Shown: positions 1 through 9,422 of the stretch, in pieces | How positions within the stretch are numbered: the first letter of the stretch is position 1 | Layout: each line of letters starts with the position of its first letter | Virus record (IMG/VR): IMGVR_UViG_3300042901_002340 | Origin: a virus | Taxonomy: Duplodnaviria > Heunggongvirae > Uroviricota > Caudoviricetes | Length of the DNA stretch: 64,000 nt | Reading direction: 5' to 3' (one strand) | Notes under the pieces: generated by a model | Databases searched by the model: none | The model's input: only the letters and a program-made list of their open reading frames with translations | What the model was told of the DNA's origin: nothing | Program-made: the position numbers and the translations under genes

Positions 1-38
1 GGGCTTTCTTCAGGCATTCTTCAGGCAGCTTGATGCAC

Positions 39-55
39 CACCGAGGTCGACGGTG
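39..55. promoter_or_regulatory. Motif A palindrome CACCG-N7-CGGTG, copy 1
   Basis: caccgaggtcgacggtg; intergenic, 45 bp from the A-run of a terminator. Confidence 0.75.
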
Positions 56-99
56 GATTGGTATCCGGGCAGGAATTCATGTCAAAAGGCAAAGCCCAC

Positions 100-131
100 A
101 AAAAAGACCGACTCTTTCGAATCGGTCTGTG
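100..131 (-). terminator. Rho-independent terminator
   Basis: A7 run then agaccga...tcggtct hairpin, just past the stop of ORF 153..434. Confidence 0.8.
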
Positions 132-152
132 GCCATATACCTCGGGTTGAGG

Positions 153-434
153 TTAAACGTCGGTGAACGGGATCTCCTCTGTGTTCTTATCTAAGAAGTT
201 TTGATCAAAAGGTTTGGTTACCTTAGGATTTCTTTCCATGAGTCTCTTGGCTCCCTCTATTAATTCTCTTCTCGTCTCGTGCTTCTCACCGTGGCTCTCG
301 CGTGGAGAGTATGTTACTAACATAGTATCTTTTGGGGTCTCTGTTGGATCCTCCAGCACCCCGGAGTATTTCTTGATGAAGAGAAGGTAGATACCATAAC
401 CTGCCATTAATATTATCCATATTTTCATAAACAT
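153..434 (-). CDS. hypothetical membrane-anchored protein
   Basis: 93 aa, hydrophobic N-terminus, followed by a terminator. Confidence 0.55.
   Translation of the reverse strand: MFMKIWIILMAGYGIYLLFIKKYSGVLEDPTETPKDTMLVTYSPRESHGEKHETRRELIEGAKRLMERNPKVTKPFDQNFLDKNTEEIPFTDV
299..329. promoter_or_regulatory. Motif B palindrome, copy inside ORF 153..434
   Basis: cgcgtggagagtatgttactaacatagtatc. Confidence 0.55.
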
Positions 435-809
435 TTTATTAAGTCTGTTATCAAATGAAGAACTCCTGCGAATAGTTTAACCCCGAAGTAGACGATCCAG
501 ATCCAACCCATCTTCACATGATAAACACCGATGGCGGGTTTTAGCTCGATTTCTAGTAATAATTCTTTAAGTATCCAATTTCCAATTTTTCTCATGGCTA
601 CTTTCTTTTCACCGTGGTCCTGCTAACGGTTACGGTCTTTCTACTATTGGTTGTGCCCGTTCGTGTGGTGATGGTTCTTTTGTGAGCCGCTCTTGAGTGT
701 GTTTTTGTCATGTGTGTTGATTTTAATTACACTGTAAATATAAGAAAATGTTTTGGATAAAAAAAATATTTCATGATTTTTTTGAGGTCCCGATCGGATA
801 ATCCCGGTA

Positions 810-826
810 CACCGTTGTCGACGGTG
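810..826. promoter_or_regulatory. Motif A palindrome, copy 2
   Basis: caccgttgtcgacggtg. Confidence 0.8.
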
Positions 827-855
827 GGATAGGATCCTCCCCAATTTCATGTCAC

Positions 856-886
856 AAAAAAAAGGAAGACCGAAGTCTTCCTTTTT
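856..886 (-). terminator. Rho-independent terminator, probably bidirectional
   Basis: A8-ggaagac-cgaa-gtcttcc-T5. Confidence 0.85.
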
Positions 887-933
887 CCATTTATTAAACC
901 AACTTTAAGGCATTATGGAATCCTTAACTTTTT

Positions 934-1206
934 CTACCACCATTTACCACCACCTAATCCCAAGCCGCCGACGCCAAGTAGGAATCCGAAATCGTACCAT
1001 CCACCGTTGTTGTTAACGGCATAGACTGTTATGTCGTCCCAGATCAAGGATCCTATAAAACTCAGAGGTGTTATAAGACCATGCCAAAGACCATCCCAGA
1101 ATCCATACTCGTGTCCCTTCAAACAGGTGTCCACGGTTTCAGCATCTGCGCAGCTGGTTAGGCTTAGGATAAGTGCCAGTGATAATATTGTGTATATTTT
1201 TTTCAT
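934..1206 (-). CDS. small lipoprotein / membrane protein
   Basis: Lipobox-like LSLTSC; Gly/Trp-rich hydrophobic C-terminus. Confidence 0.7.
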   Translation of the reverse strand: MKKIYTILSLALILSLTSCADAETVDTCLKGHEYGFWDGLWHGLITPLSFIGSLIWDDITVYAVNNNGGWYDFGFLLGVGGLGLGGGKWW

Positions 1207-1268
1207 CTCTTTCCAATTTTAGATATTGCTATTGCTATGTCTGATTGAGTTTGTGTTTTCATATTGCT

Positions 1269-1329
1269 TTAATTATAGGGCAAATATAAGGGATTCTTTT
1301 GAGACGCAAACGATATTAAACGTTAAATT
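1269..1329 (-). promoter_or_regulatory. Class I early promoter module (TAnnTTTG plus upstream AACTTTAACG-like element), first of 13 copies to 9,490
   Basis: Plus-strand GTTAAA at 1322, 1636, 1931, 2591, 2893, 3972, 4650, 5003, 6786, 7247, 7948, 8919, 9482, each about 40-45 bp from a caaatata-like -7 box. Confidence 0.8.
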
Positions 1330-1571
1330 TTTAACCAATTTATCCACTCTTTATCCACTATTTCAAATTCTACCTCTCCTGTGTACCCATTTTGTCTGAA
1401 TAGGTCATCAACGGAGTACTCGTATTTCCATGATGGATTATGGAAGTATCGAACGTCCCTGGCTTCCAAGTCTGCCACAATGAATAGATTTTCACCGTTG
1501 ACTGTTTGGTGAAGATCGATAACATCCAAATTTTTAAGTACTCTACCATTAATGTCTCTAATCACCTCCAC
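1323..1571 (-). CDS. hypothetical protein
   Basis: 82 aa, own promoter; TAA stop lies inside the GTTA junction motif. Confidence 0.7.
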   Translation of the reverse strand: MEVIRDINGRVLKNLDVIDLHQTVNGENLFIVADLEARDVRYFHNPSWKYEYSVDDLFRQNGYTGEVEFEIVDKEWINWLKI

Positions 1572-1629
1572 TTTATTCCTTTTTAGTTACCAAACAAATA
1601 TAAGGATTTGTTTTGAGGCGCAAACGATA

Positions 1630-1866
1630 TTAAACGTTAAATTTTTTATCAAATTCGGATAGGAAGAAAAATGGTTTTGAAGCCATTCTACCAAACCATC
1701 TCAGAGACTTAGCACCTCGACTATCGAATCCCTTCCCTTTCCACTCTTCAATTCTTTCCCATATAAGGAAGATGACTGCTGCAGGTACTCCGGTTATGAA
1801 AATAATAGGTATGGTTATTGGATAAAAAATAAACCATCTCAGGATGATTAGTGTGACTTTTTTCAT
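1630..1866 (-). CDS. hypothetical membrane protein
   Basis: 78 aa, N-terminal TM segment, own promoter. Confidence 0.7.
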   Translation of the reverse strand: MKKVTLIILRWFIFYPITIPIIFITGVPAAVIFLIWERIEEWKGKGFDSRGAKSLRWFGRMASKPFFFLSEFDKKFNV

Positions 1867-1942
1867 ATTGGTCTGTTTTAATTACAAGGCTAATATAAGA
1901 AATCCTTTTTATATCTCAATGATCTAAAACGTTAAAGTTCCT

Positions 1943-1972
1943 CGCGGGGAGTATCTTAGTAACATACTATGT
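1943..1972. promoter_or_regulatory. Motif B palindrome
   Basis: cgcggggagtatcttagtaacatactatgt, directly beside the GTTAAAG junction. Confidence 0.75.
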
Positions 1973-2005
1973 TTTTATGAATCAAAAATCATGTCCTCCG
2001 AGATA

Positions 2006-2022
2006 CACCGTCGCCGGCGGTG
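2006..2022. promoter_or_regulatory. Motif A palindrome, copy 3
   Basis: caccgtcgccggcggtg. Confidence 0.8.
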
Positions 2023-2114
2023 TGATAGCATCTCTCCTTGTTGCTTAGCGTTTACCCACAAAAAAAGAGCCTCGCTTTCACGAGGCCCCAAAGTGGTATT
2101 CCGGGCTATGAGTT

Positions 2115-2525
2115 TTATAGTGGTTCCCTCACTAAATCTGAGAAGGTCTTACCTGTTTTTACCGGTTCATTAAATCCATTAGCTCTGGTGTACACCTCGG
2201 CTTGATGAGTATGTCCACTCTTGGCGGTCACGTTATAAATAACATTACCTTCCGCTATGTCACAGATTCTGAAATCATCATAGAGTGGTCCGTTCATCGG
2301 GCAGTTGTTCTTGAAGAACACATAGTGCTTATCCTGGTCAATCCCGGGATTTGCTGCTACAAATCGCTTAACCTGTTTGAATAGGGTATCGGCTTTTCTT
2401 TTTAGTGATTCGTCCTTACAGAACCAATCATAGAAGTTAAAGCACCAACTCTCTTTACCTTCGCTATCGAGATACTTACCGTTATCGAATGCTTCCAGCT
2501 GTTGTCTTAATGTTGTCTTTGCCAT
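2115..2525 (-). CDS. hypothetical phage protein
   Basis: 136 aa between a promoter module and a terminator (2060-2088). Confidence 0.75.
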   Translation of the reverse strand: MAKTTLRQQLEAFDNGKYLDSEGKESWCFNFYDWFCKDESLKRKADTLFKQVKRFVAANPGIDQDKHYVFFKNNCPMNGPLYDDFRICDIAEGNVIYNVTAKSGHTHQAEVYTRANGFNEPVKTGKTFSDLVREPL

Positions 2526-2598
2526 AATGTGTTGATTTTAATTACAGAGTAAAAGTAATAATAACCATTTACTCTGTAATGATAAATTCCGTTAAAGT

Positions 2599-2829
2599 TT
2601 AACCTATCTGAACTATTTTTTTACAACTATTACAACGCCAGTGATGTTTATGGCATTGTCTGTTTTGACCATCCGGCACATAGTAAGCACCGTGGTTGCT
2701 GTCCTTACATTTACACCACAGTTTTTCTTCCTTAGCTTTCGCTTTTTTAGCGTTTTCTAGGCTACCATAGATCTCTATATCTACTGCGTCGATTTGCTCT
2801 TGTGTAAGAGTGAATGTTGTTATGTTCAT
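2599..2829 (-). CDS. small Cys/His-rich, zinc-finger-like protein
   Basis: WCKC...CHKHHWRCNSC at the C-terminus. Confidence 0.65.
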   Translation of the reverse strand: MNITTFTLTQEQIDAVDIEIYGSLENAKKAKAKEEKLWCKCKDSNHGAYYVPDGQNRQCHKHHWRCNSCKKIVQIG

Positions 2830-2893
2830 AATGATTGGTTTTAATTACTTAGTAAAAGTAATAAATTCCTAGTAGACACCACGATAAAATCCG

Positions 2894-3181
2894 TTAAAGT
2901 TGAATCCACGGTCTCATTAATCCGGTCATGTCAATTTCGTATGATATGATTCTATATTCCCAATCTGTCTCAAAATCCTCCTCGACCTGTTTTCTAAAGC
3001 TATCACCTTCATCATAATCCTGCAGATATTCCACAAGTAATTGTTCTTTAAGATGTTCCTCATCGTTGGCCAACCACATTTGCAGTAAGGTGTCTTTGGG
3101 TCGATCCGTATCTACAATGAACACTCCCCAGAGTCTCGTGCCTTCACCGTTGATAGAAATCCCATTGATAGAAACACCCAT
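2894..3181 (-). CDS. hypothetical acidic protein
   Basis: 95 aa; TAA stop inside the GTTA junction motif. Confidence 0.65.
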   Translation of the reverse strand: MGVSINGISINGEGTRLWGVFIVDTDRPKDTLLQMWLANDEEHLKEQLLVEYLQDYDEGDSFRKQVEEDFETDWEYRIISYEIDMTGLMRPWIQL

Positions 3182-3183
3182 GA

Positions 3184-3534
3184 CTACGCTTCCACGGTCT
3201 CGGCGATCAGACCGATTCTGATTATATGAATCATTTCTCCTGTGTGATCAACACCACTAGGCAAGCCCAATGAATACTTGTCCAGGCCAGAACAAAACTC
3301 ATCTAATTCTTTGATTATTGCCTTCCCTTTCTCCTCAGTAAGCACCCCGGTTTTCTCTATGGTTTTGAATTCAGAAATTCCGATACCGTCTATGCACCCA
3401 CCGCTGTTCCAAGCCACTGATACTCTAAGTACCCCACATTCGGGTTGGACTGGATCCGTATTATAAACGAATCCGATACCGTTTAGGTTCTCTGTGGATA
3501 CCTTCACCATATCACCTGCTTTAAATTGTTCCAT
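3184..3534 (-). CDS. hypothetical protein, paralogue of 6956..7180
   Basis: Shared GD-V-V...GIG-VY...VSVAW..G.C motif. Confidence 0.7.
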   Translation of the reverse strand: MEQFKAGDMVKVSTENLNGIGFVYNTDPVQPECGVLRVSVAWNSGGCIDGIGISEFKTIEKTGVLTEEKGKAIIKELDEFCSGLDKYSLGLPSGVDHTGEMIHIIRIGLIAETVEA

Positions 3535-3539
3535 AATGA

Positions 3540-3791
3540 TTATTCTTTAAGTCTAAAGTATTCTGACGGTGCTCCGTTTGCTGCAGAGTTTGTTTTTGCT
3601 TTATTGAGATTATTAACCAATGATGCTCCAGACTTTGGATTCACGTTGATTTTTGAATTACCCCTTTCATGTTGCCATGATTCTCCTGTTTCAAGAGTGT
3701 ATCTGAAGTAATCTGTTAGTTCTTGGATAGTACCGGTCACCTCGGTATCTTTACCTCTTCTGTTTTTAATGATTGTGTATTCTTTTGCCAT
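3540..3791 (-). CDS. hypothetical phage protein
   Basis: 83 aa, tightly packed with neighbours. Confidence 0.7.
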   Translation of the reverse strand: MAKEYTIIKNRRGKDTEVTGTIQELTDYFRYTLETGESWQHERGNSKINVNPKSGASLVNNLNKAKTNSAANGAPSEYFRLKE

Positions 3792-4060
3792 GGTCGGTCG
3801 TATTTATGAGTGAGATTTAATTAGAGTAAACATGAAAATTACCCATAAAATAACTAATCCTACCTTTGCAACATTAGCCGCTTGCTGAACTGATTTTTTT
3901 TCCATAATGTGATTTGTTTTAATTACATGGCAAATATAGGGTATAATAGTTAATCAACAACGATATAAAACGTTAAAGTTTTCTCACGGTGGAAAGCAAT
4001 AGACAGATCCAAAAACAATTGCTTTCTTCATCCTGAATCAGGAATCATGCCATGTCGGTA

Positions 4061-4077
4061 CACCGTCGGCAACGGTG
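4061..4077. promoter_or_regulatory. Motif A palindrome, copy 4
   Basis: caccgtcggcaacggtg; terminator at 4107-4138. Confidence 0.8.
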
Positions 4078-4342
4078 GGATCATGGACAGGCCTAATTCA
4101 TGCCACAAAAAAAGGGTGACTCTCAAATGTCACCCTTTAGCTATAGCCTGACCAAAGCAGGAAGTCCTGGCTATAAAAATCTCATACCTGTCTTCAGAAT
4201 TTCTTCTCTTAATTCTGGTGTTATCTTTTCTTCCATGCCTTCTCCCATTATCACCGTTGGACCTTGCAAGCTGATAGTGTATTCCATATCATCGAAGCCC
4301 GCGGAGTTTAGCAGTCTTCTTGTCTTGCTTATGATTTCATGC

Positions 4343-4585
4343 TTATTCATTTAATGATACTGTTTGGTTACCACCTATACTTCTCCAGGCATCTTTATCC
4401 AAATCAAAATAGCAGGTTGCTCCTTTAGGACCGTCGCCTCCTTTTGGATGAGATGATTGTGGGATTCTAGATAAATTTGTTGTGCCATAGGCTTCTCTTA
4501 GTTCACCGTTGGTCTTGATGAAGTTGAATCTTAAAGGTCCATCCTTTAAAAGAGCCTTTAATTGTTCGTGTGTGATTTGTTGCAT
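4343..4585 (-). CDS. WYL_2 / Sm-like SH3 beta-barrel protein
   Basis: F.FIKTNGELREAYGT...YFDLDK.AWRS motif, recognised by eye. Confidence 0.65.
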   Translation of the reverse strand: MQQITHEQLKALLKDGPLRFNFIKTNGELREAYGTTNLSRIPQSSHPKGGDGPKGATCYFDLDKDAWRSIGGNQTVSLNE

Positions 4586-4705
4586 AATGATTTGTTTTAA
4601 TTACATGGCAAATATAAGGCATAATAGTAGATTACGAACGATATAAAACGTTAAAATTTCAGGTATCCATCGGAATTTTTTCTTCCCGTCAGGCTCCCGC
4701 CAGCC

Positions 4706-4722
4706 CACCTCGGCCGGCGGTG
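4706..4722. promoter_or_regulatory. Motif A palindrome, copy 5 (one mismatch)
   Basis: cacctcggccggcggtg. Confidence 0.65.
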
Positions 4723-4744
4723 AACATGTATCCAGACATGTGAT

Positions 4745-4939
4745 TTATTCGGTCACATCACAAAGTCCTTGGGATAATAAATAATCATAAAGGCAATCCA
4801 TTCTCATCTCAAAGGATAATCTTTGGATATAATCCCGCCCGAGGAGTTCAGCTATAACCTCATCTTCGATTTGATAAATGTGTATGTGTGATTTGTGATC
4901 TCTGAAATGCTCTCTGGCTTCTTTAACTTGCTCATCCAT
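4745..4939 (-). CDS. hypothetical protein
   Basis: 64 aa with own promoter module. Confidence 0.6.
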   Translation of the reverse strand: MDEQVKEAREHFRDHKSHIHIYQIEDEVIAELLGRDYIQRLSFEMRMDCLYDYLLSQGLCDVTE

Positions 4940-5016
4940 GTTTAATTGTTTTAATTACATAGCAAATATAATGAATACTTAATAATACCCACGATAAAAT
5001 CCGTTAAAATTTAATA

Positions 5017-5048
5017 CGCGTGGATAGTATGTTAGTAACATAGTATGT
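5017..5048. promoter_or_regulatory. Motif B palindrome
   Basis: cgcgtggatagtatgttagtaacatagtatgt. Confidence 0.75.
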
Positions 5049-5128
5049 ACCAGCGGTGCGGCGGATACATCTCTTTGTGCATCCCCATAATCTTTCTTCA
5101 TCCTTTTGACATCTTCCTACATCTTTTC

Positions 5129-5145
5129 CACCGTCGACAACGGTG
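5129..5145. promoter_or_regulatory. Motif A palindrome, copy 6
   Basis: caccgtcgacaacggtg; terminator at 5177-5203. Confidence 0.8.
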
Positions 5146-5230
5146 TGATCACGAGGCCTCCGAGACATTTGGTCACAAAAAAGGCTTTCTCGAAAGAAAG
5201 CCTGATTCTGAATTAAAACCTAACCTATTA

Positions 5231-5461
5231 TTATTTCCAATTATTTTCTTTTGTGTATGTGTATGTATCTGCACTTTCTGTGTCAGTGAAGGAGATAACA
5301 CCGTCGTTGCTTTTCAGTTCATATCTGTATCCGATTCCTTCCTCCAGGTCTCTTCTGGCGGTTTTCTCCGAAGCCCTTGATAGAACCATCCATAGGTCTA
5401 TGAGTGAATCGTGTGCTTCTTTATTTTGTGATTCTAAATCACCTAATGTTTTAAACTTCAT
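5231..5461 (-). CDS. hypothetical protein
   Basis: 76 aa, coupled to the upstream ORF. Confidence 0.6.
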   Translation of the reverse strand: MKFKTLGDLESQNKEAHDSLIDLWMVLSRASEKTARRDLEEGIGYRYELKSNDGVISFTDTESADTYTYTKENNWK

Positions 5462-5463
5462 AA

Positions 5464-5652
5464 TTACTCTCCTATTGTATAAACATCTACACCCGGGATG
5501 AGTGCTAATGTGCGTCCGTTATCCCAATCGACATGAATGTGTCCCATTCCATCCTCACCTCGGATAGTTCCTTGTTCCCCTGCTTTGATAGGATTTGGGT
5601 CATCTCCCATTCTTATCAATGTGATTCTTTTACCTTTGTGTCTTTCGTTCAT
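5464..5652 (-). CDS. DUF4314-like protein
   Basis: DDPNPIKAGEQGTI...GHIHVDWDNGRTLALIPGVD. Confidence 0.7.
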   Translation of the reverse strand: MNERHKGKRITLIRMGDDPNPIKAGEQGTIRGEDGMGHIHVDWDNGRTLALIPGVDVYTIGE

Positions 5653-5893
5653 AACTTTTTAATTTAATATGGCATTATATCAAAAACATAATCTGGTTCC
5701 ACACCAAAATCATATTCAAGTATCTCCTCGGGATTATCCCCATTCAGTACTCTAAGTTTTGCATCGGAGATTAATTTACTAGCTTCTTGGTCTGATAAAC
5801 CATCTCTTTCCATTAGGATTTTTTTTAAGCTCATAATGTTTTGATTTTAATTACATGCAAATATAAAGGATATTTCTTAGTTAAAAAAAATTA

Positions 5894-6169
5894 TTATTGT
5901 ATTTGTTTAAACTTTAACGGTTTGGCTATAGACATTATTTTTTTAACATCACGATCCCCTATTACAACCCCTTGTTCCCTAATAACATCACTGTATACCC
6001 AACCACGGGTCTCCGTTAATACACACATATTAATAAGAAAATTTCCATGTAAGATGTTTACCAGACCAGGATTTTTTATAACATAAGTTTCACCGTCGAT
6101 AAACTTATGACTTACTAGTATTCGGTCTAGTGCATTAAGATGTTTATAATATGTGAATGTTGATTCCAT
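5894..6169 (-). CDS. hypothetical protein (start revised to MESTF)
   Basis: TATATTTG promoter box sits just upstream of the ATG at 6169. Confidence 0.55.
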   Translation of the reverse strand: MESTFTYYKHLNALDRILVSHKFIDGETYVIKNPGLVNILHGNFLINMCVLTETRGWVYSDVIREQGVVIGDRDVKKIMSIAKPLKFKQIQ

Positions 6170-6248
6170 GGAGCAAATATAAGACATCATTTTTAAATAC
6201 CAATGATAAATCCGCACATTTTCAGAATAAATCCGCCTACATCCTGCC

Positions 6249-6265
6249 CACCGTCGCCGACGGTG
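6249..6265. promoter_or_regulatory. Motif A palindrome, copy 7 (perfect 8-1-8)
   Basis: caccgtcgccgacggtg; terminator at 6310-6341. Confidence 0.85.
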
Positions 6266-6510
6266 AACCATGCATTCCCATGCATTTATATGTCAAAATC
6301 ATGACACACAAAAAAGGCTTTCTTTATTATAAGAAAGCCTCTTTCAAAAAAAGAAGTGTGTGTAATTAAAACCTCTTAAGTCGTAGTGAATCTTTGATGA
6401 ATTCGAAGTCCGCTCCAGTTACACCGTCGTCGCCAAACTCATCTGCGATTAGGTCGTGTAACTCGTCCACGGTTTTTACTCCTCTGTCCTTTGCTTTTGC
6501 TTTGATTCTT

Positions 6511-6726
6511 TTATAAAGATCCTTCTGTTCCTTTGTCATTGTTTTTTATTTTTAAATATTCTGGTGCATCATCATAGAATATGGAAACATATTTGTTCTT
6601 ACCCTGTGTCCCACATGTTGCGAATTGGTGGCTATGAATAATGATACCTGGATGCTCACTCAGGAAATCGTTCATCTGCTCTTCTAGCTTTGAACAATTA
6701 TCATGTGTTCTTATGGTAAATTTCAT
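6511..6726 (-). CDS. Cse60/DUF2758-like small protein, one of three paralogues
   Basis: LEEQMNDFL..H..I.I......SIFY pattern shared with 7958..8143 and 29095..29280. Confidence 0.5.
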   Translation of the reverse strand: MKFTIRTHDNCSKLEEQMNDFLSEHPGIIIHSHQFATCGTQGKNKYVSIFYDDAPEYLKIKNNDKGTEGSL

Positions 6727-6796
6727 GTCCTATTATTTATAAAGCAAATATAAGAAATCCTTTTTATATACGCACGAGGCCAAACGTTAAAGTTCT

Positions 6797-6830
6797 CGCG
6801 TGGGTGTAGTATGTTAGTAATATAGTATGT
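6797..6830. promoter_or_regulatory. Motif B palindrome
   Basis: cgcgtgggtgtagtatgttagtaatatagtatgt. Confidence 0.7.
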
Positions 6831-6955
6831 TTCAGACATAAAAAAGGAGCCTATTGGCTCCTTTAAAAACATAACATGAATATCAAATTGAATGGTTAAA
6901 TCCTATTTAACAGATATTATAGTGAGGATAATATCTAATGTTTCGTTTTTATTTC

Positions 6956-7180
6956 TTACATTCTGGAAATGTTTATTTTCTCTACCGTGGTAAAGGAAGA
7001 TAATAAGCCATTACAACAATTTCCATCCTCCCAGGCAACAGAAACATAGAGCGAACTGTTATTGTGTTGTCCACCCCGTGTATAAACGTGTCCTATGCCG
7101 ACTTTGGGTGGTTGTGGGTTAAATCTAGATTTTGATTCTTGTGTGACTCTTACTGGGTCTCCTGGTCTTAATGTGCTCAT
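6956..7180 (-). CDS. hypothetical protein, paralogue of 3184..3534
   Basis: Shared motifs as above. Confidence 0.65.
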   Translation of the reverse strand: MSTLRPGDPVRVTQESKSRFNPQPPKVGIGHVYTRGGQHNNSSLYVSVAWEDGNCCNGLLSSFTTVEKINISRM

Positions 7181-7247
7181 GGTGTGATTGATTTTAATTA
7201 CATTGCTAATATAAGAAATCCTTTTTATATCCCAATGATTTAAAACG

Positions 7248-7884
7248 TTAAAGTTTTCCCATTTTATGAAGGAATGTTTCTTCCCTCATTGCACATATTC
7301 CTCTTCTCTTACACATTCTTGTGTATTCCTGATAGGTTATCGAATCCTTCTCCGCAAGTTCGTTTGCCATGTCTATGTTCAGAGCGATGTGGTGGGGTTC
7401 ACCGTGGAGTGTTTCTCTATGCCAAGCTATTATATTTTCCATTATGAATTTATTTTATCACATATTAAATGCCCAATGAACACAGAAGCAAGCGAGCATA
7501 TCATTATCCATCCTCTGGTATAAGCAAATCCCCAATTAAAAAGTATTAGAGATATGTGCGGTAGTGTGAGGATACAAAACACCGCTGCTGTTATGGCCAT
7601 TGCTAGGAATAGACCCAGAATCGGATCCTTTCTTTTATTCGTTCCCATAATTATTCCTCTTCCGTTGGTTCATAATCTTCGTCTATGACCTCATCCACCT
7701 CGATAATGACGTTGTCATGGTCTCCTTGCTCTCTCATCTCATCATCTTCCTCCTCAGTGAATCCAATTTTCTTTAGAGCTGCAAAGTAAGCTTTGTCTCT
7801 GTCCGTTGCTCTAACGAACACCACTGTTGGTGAATCCCAGTCATCTCTACTGGTGAACATCACGCAAAATAATATTTTTTCCAT
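7248..7884 (-). other. three-gene module of small hypothetical ORFs (7248..7442, 7442..7648 membrane, 7651..7884 acidic)
   Basis: Abutting ORFs under one promoter; last stop inside the GTTA junction. Confidence 0.65.
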
Positions 7885-7957
7885 ATTGTTTTGATTTTAA
7901 TTACATGTAAATGTAAGAAATTCGCAGTAGATACCACGATAAAATCCGTTAAAGTTT

Positions 7958-8143
7958 TTATTTAACGCCAGTCATTTCCAGTTTCCTGGTATAGAAAATT
8001 ATAACTGTTCCATATTGTGTGTCCTCACTGTGGGCGATCTGTACAATGGTAACACCGTCGTTGACCTCGAGCCAATCATTAATTAAACCCTCCAAATCAC
8101 CGGAGGATCTTTCCCTGAATATTTTGCATCTTAGTGTTGACAT
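7958..8143 (-). CDS. Cse60/DUF2758-like small protein
   Basis: LEGLINDWLE.N..V.IVQI.......VIIFY. Confidence 0.5.
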   Translation of the reverse strand: MSTLRCKIFRERSSGDLEGLINDWLEVNDGVTIVQIAHSEDTQYGTVIIFYTRKLEMTGVK

Positions 8144-8236
8144 GGAATTTGGTTTTAATTATAAAGCAAATATAATAAATCCTTATCAAACACCAAGATA
8201 ATCGGCCGATTATTTTTTCACATATAAAAGCATATA

Positions 8237-8253
8237 CACCGTCGGCCGAGGTG
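8237..8253. promoter_or_regulatory. Motif A palindrome, copy 8 (one mismatch)
   Basis: caccgtcggccgaggtg; terminator at 8289-8313. Confidence 0.7.
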
Positions 8254-8331
8254 TACCTCATGGCCCGTCCTAGGGATTCTTTGCCCATAAAAAAAGAGGC
8301 CGAAGCCTCTTTTAATACCGTGGACTACTGA

Positions 8332-8832
8332 TTACTCAGCAGTCTCTGCAACTGCTGCAGCCTTTGGAGCTTTAGCAGCCTTTGGTGCAGGTGCAGGTTT
8401 TTCTTCTTTCACGACCGGAGCCGTTACCACCGCTGTTGGTGCACCTTCTCCTACGATTAGGTTTTCCTCAGTTGTGTAGAAAATACGTGTTGAACCTGGT
8501 TTTTTAACTCTAATCAAGTTGGTTCCTGTTGGACCTTCGATGGCCAACTTTTCCAAGATGATTGCAGCACATGGCTTCATTTGAGCCGGAGTACCAGTTG
8601 CTTCTTTTTTACCGAAAACTTTCAAAGGAGAAACCAGTGAAGTTTCGATTCTTGAGCCAACTTCGAAGGCACCGTTGATGTGTGGTACAAGCGGTGCAGG
8701 CACCTCAGCCACTGAAGCCTCTGGACCTTCTACTTGAGCAGTTTCTTTGACAACCGCTTTTGCCATTTTTTCAACTTTCCCAGCCGGAGCTGCTACTGCG
8801 CTGTTTCCAGCTTTTTTTTCATTTTTGTTCAT
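8332..8832 (-). CDS. Ala/Lys/Pro-rich protein with low-complexity tails
   Basis: 166 aa, KAAKAPKAAA tail. Confidence 0.75.
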   Translation of the reverse strand: MNKNEKKAGNSAVAAPAGKVEKMAKAVVKETAQVEGPEASVAEVPAPLVPHINGAFEVGSRIETSLVSPLKVFGKKEATGTPAQMKPCAAIILEKLAIEGPTGTNLIRVKKPGSTRIFYTTEENLIVGEGAPTAVVTAPVVKEEKPAPAPKAAKAPKAAAVAETAE

Positions 8833-8927
8833 GGTGAATGATTTTTAATGATTAATTAATTACTTGGTAAATGTATAAAATTCTATTTAGATAAAAAAAT
8901 TATTTTAAGGTTTTTTTCGTTAAAGTT

Positions 8928-9422
8928 TTATCTTAATAACGAGACCAATCTCTTGGCGGATCTCTCTGAGGTATGTCTACTGTATATGTCACCACCGATT
9001 CTTACTGTGTGAGTATACTCAGGTTTACCCACCAGACCTTCGTTTGTGATTTCCATAGCAGGTTGATGGTACCTCGGGTGTTGATATAAAACCCTTGCCG
9101 ATGCTGCAGGTGAGGTTACTATCTTCACGATGCAACCATCTAAGATTGCTCCGCCACCGTGGCTGTTAATATTGGTAAGAAGAATTGGTACCTTAATCGG
9201 ACCGGAGCTTCTACCTATCTTGCCAGTCTTGTCGCTCTCCTCCATCCAGTCCCTGCCTGTCTCTCCATCACCGAGATATATTTTAACTCTTTGGTGCGTT
9301 CCTCTTAAGGAGTCTATGACCCTAATCACCTCATCCGAGGTTTCCGCTGAATAGTAGGTTCCTGAGTCGGATACTTTGTATACCTTGTCCTTGTCTCCTA
9401 CCTTATGTGTTTCTGTTTTCAT
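8928..9422 (-). CDS. hypothetical phage protein
   Basis: 164 aa; GRDWMEE...GRSSGPIKVP...GGGAILD motif. Confidence 0.75.
   Translation of the reverse strand: MKTETHKVGDKDKVYKVSDSGTYYSAETSDEVIRVIDSLRGTHQRVKIYLGDGETGRDWMEESDKTGKIGRSSGPIKVPILLTNINSHGGGAILDGCIVKIVTSPAASARVLYQHPRYHQPAMEITNEGLVGKPEYTHTVRIGGDIYSRHTSERSAKRLVSLLR

Noticed and set aside
1613-1642. dif-like site (GAGGCGCAAACGATATTAAACGTTAAAT, 18/28 to E. coli dif by eye)
   Set aside because: The XerD-arm TTAT and the spacer symmetry are missing, and other copies of the module do not keep the XerC-like half. It is better explained as the class I junction motif.
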